Positions 10,087-18,201 of a DNA stretch of 64,000 bases are shown here, in pieces. Below the pieces are notes generated by a model. The model ran no database searches, was not told the DNA's origin, and was given only the letters and a program-made list of their open reading frames with translations. How positions within the stretch are numbered: position 1 is the first letter of the stretch; each line of letters opens with the position of its first letter. The stretch comes from an uncultured Chitinophagales bacterium (GTDB lineage: Bacteria; Bacteroidota; Bacteroidia; Chitinophagales; JADIYW01), in the NCBI GenBank assembly GCA_964642875.1, contig CAZXRF010000005.1:4043-68042 (forward strand). Direction: 5' to 3'. Position numbers and translations under genes: made by a program.

Positions 10087-11127
10087 ATGAACTTATCGTA
10101 TTTTTCAGAAAATTCTAAATTGCCGTTATTGGTCTCTCCACAAGATGATGACAATACCAAGTTGACATTGACAAACTGGATTGCCCAAAATAAAACAAGT
10201 ATAGAACAAAAGTTATGCGAATCCGGCGCAATTTTATTTCGAGGATTTGACATACAAACACCTCAAGATTTTGAAGATGTAGCAAAGGCCATTGACAGTG
10301 ATTTAAAAGACGACTACCTCGGCACATCGCCACGCGATAAAAAGTCGGGGTTTGTTTTTTCTGCCAGCGAACTTCCACCCCATTACCCCATTATGCAACA
10401 TTGTGAGATGAGTTTTCTTCCATCTGCACCACGCCGTCTGTTTTTTTATTGCCATATAGCTCCTGAGTACGGCGGCGAAACACCTATCTGCGATTTTAGA
10501 AAAGTGTATAAAGATTTAGACCCAACAATTAGAGCAGAATTTGATGCTAAAGGGGTGAAACATATTCGAAATTATTCGTCGCCTTCGGGAAAAGGTACTA
10601 AAGGATTTCAATTGAAGAATTGGGCTGATATGTTTCAAACTACCGATAAGAATATCATTGAGCAAAAATGCAAAGACAACGATATTATTTGTGAGTGGAA
10701 AGAAGAGGATGCACTGCGATTAATTAATAAAAATGCTGCGGTTAAAAAGCATCCGATTACAGGAGAAATAGCATGGTTCAATCATACACAGGTATTTCAT
10801 GTAGATGCAGCTGTTGAAGAATATCATAAAATCCATAAACGTCAAAAACGTTGGGAAACTTTTAAATACAGTATGTTATTAGAACTGATGACGTGGTATA
10901 AAAAAAAGACCCAAAATCCGAACGAACTGAGTATGCACGTAACTTTTGGCGATGATAGCCCTATCCCTGATGAATATGTAGAACATTTGCAAGATGTGAT
11001 TTGGAAAAATATGGTTATCTATCCTTGGAAAAAAGGAGATATAATCTGCTTAGATAATTTTTCAACCTCACATGGACGCTTGCCTTATTATGGTCCACGT
11101 GAAATAATGGTTTGCTGGACTTCTTAA
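10087..11127 (+). CDS. TauD/TfdA-family Fe(II)/2-oxoglutarate dioxygenase
   Basis: 346 aa with a clavaminate-synthase-like pattern: HCEMSF, GGETPICD, and the distal HGR near the C-terminus (LDNFSTSHGRLPY). Confidence 0.8.
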   Translation: MNLSYFSENSKLPLLVSPQDDDNTKLTLTNWIAQNKTSIEQKLCESGAILFRGFDIQTPQDFEDVAKAIDSDLKDDYLGTSPRDKKSGFVFSASELPPHYPIMQHCEMSFLPSAPRRLFFYCHIAPEYGGETPICDFRKVYKDLDPTIRAEFDAKGVKHIRNYSSPSGKGTKGFQLKNWADMFQTTDKNIIEQKCKDNDIICEWKEEDALRLINKNAAVKKHPITGEIAWFNHTQVFHVDAAVEEYHKIHKRQKRWETFKYSMLLELMTWYKKKTQNPNELSMHVTFGDDSPIPDEYVEHLQDVIWKNMVIYPWKKGDIICLDNFSTSHGRLPYYGPREIMVCWTS

Positions 11128-11226
11128 TTTTAGAATAATATTGAAATTGGTTTGCGCTTTATATCTGATTGCAATGTTTTTTACCGACTAGATGTGTTTT
11201 TAGAAATAAAAAAATTAACTGTGTGT

Positions 11227-12318
11227 TTAAATATTTTTGCTTTCTTGTATTTTCCCCTCCAACTCGTGTTTTTCTACTTTTTTCTGTTTCACCTTCCATT
11301 CTTTTTGCAATACGGTATTCTTTACTTCTTCTAATGAGTCGTTTACTATTCCAACAATTATGGAATTTAATTCATCATTCCCTGGATGATTTTTATCTAA
11401 GAAGGACTCTATCAGTCCATGTGTAATTTCTTTTACACCAGCAGTATTATTCGGGTTAATAACGTCCTGCATTATTTTATCAATGGTATTAAAGGTAATA
11501 TCGCCTACTGCTCTATCCAAGGTTTCTTGAAAAACCTTACCCAATCCAGGGATATATCTAAATTTATCAACCGTCTCATTTTCAAGTATAGCTTCACTCA
11601 CTCTATTTTCCACATAAAGTTTCAACTCCTGCCTATTTTGCGAATACGTTTTATTGATGGCAGTACTGATTCTTCCAGTTAAATAATTTACTATTGCATC
11701 TTCTTTTGGTTTAATTACATTTGCAGTGATTCTGGTCACCATCGGCGAGCCTTTCTGCACCTCTTCCTGCATCATCGATATCATTTTCGCTATCACTCGG
11801 TCGGCAACTTCTTCTACCACCACTTCCGACACAAAAGAAGTTTGTTTAAAAACATACGTTTTCGTTAGGTCAAATACGCCCAAGCGCTGTAGCCGATAGA
11901 CTAAACCAAATAAGCGTACTACTCCAAAGAAATTTAACCCGTTTAAAATTGGGATGCACATAATTACATCATACCAATGTACAAAAGGATAAAACCACCA
12001 ATTGTCGTATTTTTTCCTGTAAATACTTCGAATCCATCTGTAAATTAATTCTGTAATATATATACCTACAAAAATTAAGTCGTAATGGAATACATGAGGG
12101 AAAACATTCCGAGCATACCAATCATGAAATGAAGTGGACAAATAAGCAATGGACGAACTAAAAAATGAAAATTGAAATAAAAATCCAAAAAAGAGATAGG
12201 AGAGATTGATAAAAACGAGGATAAGCATGGTTAAATCCATCCAAAATAAATGTGAAGAATCAGCAGTGCGCAGCTTCTGCATATCTATCTTAAACATTCT
12301 TTTGGCCTTTTCTAACAT
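11227..12318 (-). CDS. Membrane protein with an ion-transport (voltage-sensor-like) four-helix N-terminal domain and a soluble C-terminal domain; no pore module
   Basis: Four predicted TM helices. They include YITELIYRWI (S2-like), WYDVIMCIPIL (S3-like) and VVRLFGLVYRLQRLG (S4-like, Arg-rich). About 190 hydrophilic residues follow. Confidence 0.6.
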   Translation of the reverse strand: MLEKAKRMFKIDMQKLRTADSSHLFWMDLTMLILVFINLSYLFFGFLFQFSFFSSSIAYLSTSFHDWYARNVFPHVFHYDLIFVGIYITELIYRWIRSIYRKKYDNWWFYPFVHWYDVIMCIPILNGLNFFGVVRLFGLVYRLQRLGVFDLTKTYVFKQTSFVSEVVVEEVADRVIAKMISMMQEEVQKGSPMVTRITANVIKPKEDAIVNYLTGRISTAINKTYSQNRQELKLYVENRVSEAILENETVDKFRYIPGLGKVFQETLDRAVGDITFNTIDKIMQDVINPNNTAGVKEITHGLIESFLDKNHPGNDELNSIIVGIVNDSLEEVKNTVLQKEWKVKQKKVEKHELEGKIQESKNI

Positions 12319-12399
12319 AGAGTGAATTTACATTTTATTCTACATTTTCTTTTATTCTGAATTTAATAATCAAGTTTTATATCTATTGCTACTCCGGTT

Positions 12400-13686
12400 T
12401 TAAAACTGGTTGAATCGTTCATAACAAGTCTGCTCCAGCAGCTCTCTATCCTCGGGATGTGCTATATTTATTAATGCTTTAGCCCGTTGGCGCAAGTTTT
12501 TCCCATACAAATCCGCAACGCCAAATTCTGTAACGATGTAATGCACATGTCCGCGTGTGGTCACTACACCTGCTCCTTGTTTTAAAAATGGGACAATACG
12601 GTTTTTCCCTTTTTTAGTACGGGAGGTCAATGCAATAATCGGTTTTCCGCCCTCGCTCAAAGCGGCACCACGGATGAAATCCATTTGTCCGCCAATACCA
12701 CTATACACCTGCATCCCTATGCTATCTGCACACACTTGCCCAGTAAGGTCCACTTCGATAGCACTATTGATAGCTACTACTTTGGGGTTTTTACGGATAA
12801 TATGTGGCTCATTTACAAAATCAATATCTAAAAAAATCACAGATGGGTTTTCATCTACAAATTGATACAAACGATTAGAACCTACGGCAAAACCTGTAAC
12901 CGATCTATTCGGGTGAATTATTTTTTTGGAATTGTTGATGACTTCCTTTTCCATTAAATCTATAATTCCGTCGCTGCACATTTCAGTATGTACTCCCAAA
13001 TTTTTATGGTTGTGCAATGATTGTAAAACCGCATCGGGGATAGTGCCAATACCCATTTGCAATGTGCTGCCATCTTCTATCATTTCAGCAATATATTTTC
13101 CGATGATGCGCTCTTCCTCTCCCATTTTTTCGCTGTAGTTAACTTCATGTAAAGGTGTTTCGGCATACACCATAGCATGTATATGGTTTACGTGTATGAG
13201 GCTGTCGCCATGCGTACGCGGCACATTAGGGTTTACCTGTGCTATGATATATTTTGCAGTGCTTACTGCTGTTCGGGCAATATCGACACTTACGCCGAGC
13301 GAGCAAAACCCATGCTTGTCGGGAGGCGATACTTGTACCAAAGCAACATCTAATGCCAACTGTCCATTTTTAAACAAATCGGGAATATCGCTCAAAAATA
13401 CCGGAATAAAATCAGCACGCCCATCGCTAACGGCAGCTCTCACGCTGTCGCTCACAAATAAGCAATTGATATGAAAGTTTTTTTCAAATTGCGGTTTATC
13501 TATTACTACATCACCAAACACAGATATAAATGTAAGCTCCACATTTTGCAGGCGGTCTGCTTGTTTCGCTAATTCGGAAAGCAAAAAATTTGGTGTCATT
13601 GCACTACCATGTACAAAAACCCTGTTGTTGCTTTTTATTACTGATAGTGCATCGGCGGCTGTGCGGTAAGTTATTTCGTAAGACAT
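12400..13686 (-). CDS. Acetyl-CoA hydrolase/transferase family protein (4-hydroxybutyrate / succinyl-CoA:acetate CoA-transferase-like)
   Basis: Family blocks VHGSAMTPN, LQMGIGTIPDAV, SGIGGQMDF and VTTRGHVHYIVTEFG. I prefer the start at the internal ATG (MSYEITYR), giving 428 aa. Confidence 0.88.
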   Translation of the reverse strand: MSYEITYRTAADALSVIKSNNRVFVHGSAMTPNFLLSELAKQADRLQNVELTFISVFGDVVIDKPQFEKNFHINCLFVSDSVRAAVSDGRADFIPVFLSDIPDLFKNGQLALDVALVQVSPPDKHGFCSLGVSVDIARTAVSTAKYIIAQVNPNVPRTHGDSLIHVNHIHAMVYAETPLHEVNYSEKMGEEERIIGKYIAEMIEDGSTLQMGIGTIPDAVLQSLHNHKNLGVHTEMCSDGIIDLMEKEVINNSKKIIHPNRSVTGFAVGSNRLYQFVDENPSVIFLDIDFVNEPHIIRKNPKVVAINSAIEVDLTGQVCADSIGMQVYSGIGGQMDFIRGAALSEGGKPIIALTSRTKKGKNRIVPFLKQGAGVVTTRGHVHYIVTEFGVADLYGKNLRQRAKALINIAHPEDRELLEQTCYERFNQF

Positions 13687-13950
13687 CTTTTTATAAATCT
13701 GCATAAAACTAAGAAAATACCCTGCAAAAGAAAATTTAAATAAATCTGGTAAGTTGGAAATCTCAGTTACTAGGTGTTCATTTTTAAAATCCACTTAATT
13801 TATTTTATATAAGTTTATCCAAAAATCCATAATATCATATTACCTGAAAATCGGTTTATGCTAAAACAGTTAACTTACTTTTCATCGGCTCAGTATTAAA
13901 AATTTAACACCTTTTTATATTTCAATCTTACATGGTATTTCCTACTTCGT

Positions 13951-13958
13951 TATATTTG
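13951..13958 (+). promoter_or_regulatory. Candidate Bacteroidota -7 promoter element (TAnnTTTG)
   Basis: tatatttg lies 18 nt upstream of the ATG at 13976. This is a motif match only. Confidence 0.3.
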
Positions 13959-13975
13959 ACCGTACAAAACTAACT

Positions 13976-15802
13976 ATGAAGCCGAAAGCATACCTCAAGC
14001 CCATTTTTATACTTTTAATGTTGTTTACATTTTCTATTTCCGTATTTGCATCGGCGGGCGGCGGCGGCGGCGGGCACTCTGGCGGTGGCGATGGCGGCGG
14101 TGGCGATGGTGGGGCAATTTTTTATTTAATATATACCCTGCTCCGACTCATTTTTATGTTGCCATTTCCTATTAATATTATTGTATTGGCAATTATTATT
14201 TTTGTCGTTTATAAAGTTACAAAAAGCTACCAAGCTACAAGCGGATTAAACTCCATTCCAAATTTTAATACTCCTGCAAGCGGCTCCTTTAGCAATACGA
14301 AAAAGCAAGATGCTATCTCGCAAGATTTTTTATCTCGAAATACAGATTTTGAGGTTACAAAATTTAAAGAAAAAGTACGTACCGCATTTATAGCGATACA
14401 AAATGCGTGGATGCAACAAGACTTATCCAATGTTCGCAAATGGATTTCCGATGGTGTTTATCAGCGGTTCAATACCCAATTTATTATGATGAAACAGTTG
14501 GAGCAAGTAAATGAAATTTCCAACATAAACATACAATACACCTATATTGATGATATAGAAACAGATGGCGAATATGAAATTATACACGTCGGCGTCAAAT
14601 TTAGTATGTACGATGGTTTTATGTCAAAAAAATTCCGACAACTTAATGATGGCGGACCATTAGACGGATTGGAGTATTGGTCGTTCATAAAAAAATCTGG
14701 AGTAAAGGAGAAAGATTTATACCATACCAATAACTGTCCCAACTGCGGCGGCGACCTACCTGCCGATGGCGGAGAAACAGCAAAATGTCCTTACTGTTCC
14801 ACCATTACTTACTTAGGTGATTACGATTGGATTTTAGCAGAAATTACACAACCAGAAGATTATTTCAATGCAAATTCCAAATACGAAAAACAAGGAAAAT
14901 TCTCCAATAAAATACGTGCATTAATTGGTTCGCAACAAGATTTTTCATTACAATTATTAGAAGATAAAGCAGCGAACGGTTATATGCAAATGATGACGGC
15001 TATGGTGCTTAAAAAGCCAGAAATTATGCGCCGATTTGTAGCTGATAGTCTATATGAAAAACTGGAAAAGCAAATGCAATCAGAGCCCAAATTTGTGTTT
15101 AATCGGCTTTACCTAAACCATGTAACATCTTTCGATTTTTATAAAGACAACGGCAAAGACAATATCGTAATTGCGTTAAAGCGTTCTTCGCAACGTATAA
15201 GAAATATAGATACTTCACCGCAATTCGATCGTAGTATAATTGCGCAAGATGAAGTGCTGATTATGGGCAGAGATAGTGGCGTAGGCAATCCTAAAGGCTC
15301 TTTGTATGCACACAGTTGTCCAAATTGTGGTGCACCTATAAAAGATACCGTTGACGCCAAATGTTCGTATTGCGATGCCCAATTGAACAGTACAAAATAC
15401 GAGTGGATTATCAGCGATTGGCTGAGTGCAAATGAATATGCTTCTTTTAAGCAAAGCAAGCAGGGCGCGTTGGCTATTGACAATGCTATTGACAAATTAG
15501 ACGACTTGTTTAATGTCAGAGATTACGCCTTAAATAATGTATTGATGATGATTGCTGCGGATGGTCGCATTACACCGGAAGAAGAGCAGTATATAACAAC
15601 TTTAGCAAAAAAATGGAATTACGATATCGGGAAAATACAAGGATTTATTTCTTTGGCAAAAAACAATAAATTAGTGTTGCGCATGCCGCAAGATACCAAG
15701 CAAAAACAGAAAATTATCGCACTAATGGAGAAAGCTGCGAACTTAGACAATACGGTAACTCAAGAAGAGCAAGCACTATTAGAGCAGGTGAAAAATATGT
15801 AA
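13976..15802 (+). CDS. Membrane-anchored protein with two Tim44-like domains, each followed by a CxxC...CxxC zinc ribbon, and a C-terminal TerB-like domain
   Basis: N-terminal TM/signal, a Gly-rich tract and a second TM. Tim44-like block WMQQDLSNVRKWISDGVYQRF. Zinc ribbons CPNCGG..CPYC and CPNCGA..CSYC. C-terminal MMIAADGRITPEEEQYI. Confidence 0.7.
   Translation: MKPKAYLKPIFILLMLFTFSISVFASAGGGGGGHSGGGDGGGGDGGAIFYLIYTLLRLIFMLPFPINIIVLAIIIFVVYKVTKSYQATSGLNSIPNFNTPASGSFSNTKKQDAISQDFLSRNTDFEVTKFKEKVRTAFIAIQNAWMQQDLSNVRKWISDGVYQRFNTQFIMMKQLEQVNEISNINIQYTYIDDIETDGEYEIIHVGVKFSMYDGFMSKKFRQLNDGGPLDGLEYWSFIKKSGVKEKDLYHTNNCPNCGGDLPADGGETAKCPYCSTITYLGDYDWILAEITQPEDYFNANSKYEKQGKFSNKIRALIGSQQDFSLQLLEDKAANGYMQMMTAMVLKKPEIMRRFVADSLYEKLEKQMQSEPKFVFNRLYLNHVTSFDFYKDNGKDNIVIALKRSSQRIRNIDTSPQFDRSIIAQDEVLIMGRDSGVGNPKGSLYAHSCPNCGAPIKDTVDAKCSYCDAQLNSTKYEWIISDWLSANEYASFKQSKQGALAIDNAIDKLDDLFNVRDYALNNVLMMIAADGRITPEEEQYITTLAKKWNYDIGKIQGFISLAKNNKLVLRMPQDTKQKQKIIALMEKAANLDNTVTQEEQALLEQVKNM
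14057..14113 (+). repeat. GGN/GGC trinucleotide-rich coding tract (GGGGGGHSGGGDGGGGDGG)
   Basis: gcgggcggcggcggcggcggg...ggcggtggcgatggcggcggtggcgatggtggg. This is a local GC-rich simple repeat in an AT-rich genome. Confidence 0.8.
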
Positions 15803-15837
15803 AGAATAATGCAGAATAGTTTCTGAATTTTGAAATT

Positions 15838-16959
15838 TTACATCAAACTTTTTATTTTCTCTACCATTACTTTCCAAGAATATTTCTTCTTTTCTTCTAA
15901 AATATTTTGGACAAACTGTGCTTCTTTATTTTCAGTATAAAATTGTAAGATGGCACGCGCTACCGCATTCTCATTAGGTTCTACCACAAATCCTACTTTA
16001 TTATTTGGCACTATTTCCGGCAATCCGCCAACATTCGTCACCAACATGGGTTTATTGAAATGATAGCAGATTTGCGTAACACCGCTTTGAGTGGCATGCT
16101 TATACGGTTGCACCACCATATCGGCGGCACAGAAATAATTGACCACTTCATCATCAGGAATAAATCGAGTGTGTAATTCTACTTTATCCTGTATCTTCAA
16201 TTCCTGAATTAGATTTTCATACTCCTCTCTATTGGAATAATATTCACCTGCAACAATTAACTGTATATCGGAATTTTTGAGTTCTGCCATTGCCATTGCT
16301 TTTAATAAAATATCCAATCCTTTATAATCTCTGATTAAGCCAAAAAACAAAATATATCTTCTGGCTGGCGATAGACTTAATTTTGCAATTGCATCGCCTT
16401 TCGAAAGGGCATTGCCATAATTATCAAATAAAGGATGTGGATTTAATAAGCGTGGTTTTGCTTTATCGAATACGCTTAAATCATTATAAACGCTGTCGCT
16501 CATCGCAATAAATGCATCTACACTTTTTACAAAATATGTTGTAAATAATGTATCTCCAATTCTTTTTTCGTGCGGGATGATATTGTCTAAAATAGAAATT
16601 ACTTTGGTATGATTATTTCCTTTTGCAATTCGGCAAATAGTGCCCAAGCAGGGTGCCATAAACGGTAGCCAAAATTTTACTACTAAAATATCCGGCTTTT
16701 GTTTTCGAAGCTTCCAACCTACTTTTATCCAATTCAATGGATTGATGGAATTTACAGATACATGAATTGCAATATGCTTTGGCTTTGGCAAAGAGGAATA
16801 TTGCGTAGTGCCGGGGAATAGAAATTCGGGATATTGCAAAGAAAAAGTTTCGATAGTAACCTCATCATTTTGCTGCATAAATTCTACAGCTAAGCGTTCG
16901 TTGTACGCTGCCAAACCTCCACGCAAGGGGTGTGCCGAACCGAGAATTGTTACTTTCAT
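15838..16959 (-). CDS. Glycosyltransferase family 4 (GT-B)
   Basis: 373 aa with the EX7E-type region (QPYKHATQSGVTQICYHFNKPMLVTNVGGLPEIV). Confidence 0.85.
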   Translation of the reverse strand: MKVTILGSAHPLRGGLAAYNERLAVEFMQQNDEVTIETFSLQYPEFLFPGTTQYSSLPKPKHIAIHVSVNSINPLNWIKVGWKLRKQKPDILVVKFWLPFMAPCLGTICRIAKGNNHTKVISILDNIIPHEKRIGDTLFTTYFVKSVDAFIAMSDSVYNDLSVFDKAKPRLLNPHPLFDNYGNALSKGDAIAKLSLSPARRYILFFGLIRDYKGLDILLKAMAMAELKNSDIQLIVAGEYYSNREEYENLIQELKIQDKVELHTRFIPDDEVVNYFCAADMVVQPYKHATQSGVTQICYHFNKPMLVTNVGGLPEIVPNNKVGFVVEPNENAVARAILQFYTENKEAQFVQNILEEKKKYSWKVMVEKIKSLM

Positions 16960-17021
16960 AAATGCTTATACATTGGTGCAGTACATTGTCTAATTTTAAA
17001 AATATAGAACTGTCTTTTCTT

Positions 17022-18080
17022 CTATTCTAAAATAAATGCTACTATTTTATCGCCTACTTCGGTAGTAGAATATTTTCCGTTATTAATATCTTCGGTTACA
17101 AAGCCTTCGTTCATAGCTTTTTCTACTGCTTGTACAATATCTTTACTTTCTTCAATCATTCCAAAACTATACTCCAACAACATAGCTGCCGATAAAATAG
17201 TTGCCATTGGATTGGCGATGTTTTTTCCTGCTGCCTGTGGGTACGAACCGTGAATGGGTTCATATAACGATATTTTATTGCCGAGAGATGCCGAAGGCAA
17301 CATGCCCAAACTACCTGTGATTACTGATGCTTCATCGCTGATGATGTCACCAAATAGATTTTCGGTAAGTATCACATCAAACTTTGTTGGCTTGGTGATG
17401 ACTTCCATCGCTGCACTGTCAATAAAGTTGCATTCTAGCTCAATTTCCGGAAATTGTTTTGCATACTCCGTCACCACTTCTCTCCACAATCGAGAGGTTG
17501 CTAACACGTTTGCTTTATCTAAAAGTGTTACTTTTTTATTTCTGTTTTTAGCAAATTGGAATGCCTTTTCAGTGATACGTAATATCTCTTCTTTTGAATA
17601 AACGCAAGTATCATAAGCTATATTTTGGTCTTCACTTCTACCGCGTGGTTTGCCGAAATAAATCCCCGAGATTAACTCCCGTACTACCACAAAATCGGCA
17701 CCTTTTATTCTGTCATTTTTCAGTGGGGAAGCATCCAATAATGCATCATAGCTTTTCACTGGTCGAATGTTGGCGTATAATCCTAAATTGCTTCTCATTT
17801 TCAGTAACCCTTGCTCCGGACGCACTTTTGCCGCAGGGTTATTGTCGTATTTTGGATCGCCGATAGCACCAAATAATATGGCATCGCTATTAGCACATAA
17901 TTCATGAGTTTCATCAGGGTACGGATTCCCAGTTTGATCAATAGCAGCAGCACCAATTAATCCGTAATTGTATTCAAATTGGTGGTGGTATTTTTTCTCT
18001 ATTGCTTTTAATACTTTTACTGCCTGTGCTATAATTTCAGGGCCAATGCCATCTCCGGGCAAAACTGCAATTTTCTTCAT
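17022..18080 (-). CDS. leuB: 3-isopropylmalate dehydrogenase
   Basis: MKKIAVLPGDGIGPEI, NLFGDIISDEASVITGSLGMLPSASL, and 352 aa length. Confidence 0.96.
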   Translation of the reverse strand: MKKIAVLPGDGIGPEIIAQAVKVLKAIEKKYHHQFEYNYGLIGAAAIDQTGNPYPDETHELCANSDAILFGAIGDPKYDNNPAAKVRPEQGLLKMRSNLGLYANIRPVKSYDALLDASPLKNDRIKGADFVVVRELISGIYFGKPRGRSEDQNIAYDTCVYSKEEILRITEKAFQFAKNRNKKVTLLDKANVLATSRLWREVVTEYAKQFPEIELECNFIDSAAMEVITKPTKFDVILTENLFGDIISDEASVITGSLGMLPSASLGNKISLYEPIHGSYPQAAGKNIANPMATILSAAMLLEYSFGMIEESKDIVQAVEKAMNEGFVTEDINNGKYSTTEVGDKIVAFILE

Positions 18081-18201
18081 TTCTACTTTTTATTAATTTA
18101 TATTAAAAAATAACCAAGCAAAAAAATGATTATTTTCCTTTTTCAAAAATAATCAACCTCGATTGATAAATTATCTAAAGAGTGTTATTAAATTTATATA
18201 G

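Noticed and set aside
11152-11426. Two Phe/Leu-rich plus-strand ORFs of 60 and 85 aa
   Set aside because: They overlap the 3' end of the minus-strand 363-aa gene and have a low-complexity hydrophobic composition from a T-rich strand. They are likely spurious.
13687-13794. 36-codon N-terminal extension of the CoA-transferase ORF
   Set aside because: The family-conserved sequence begins right after the internal ATG (MSYEITYRTAADAL). The extension is hydrophobic and low-complexity and gives an atypically long protein.
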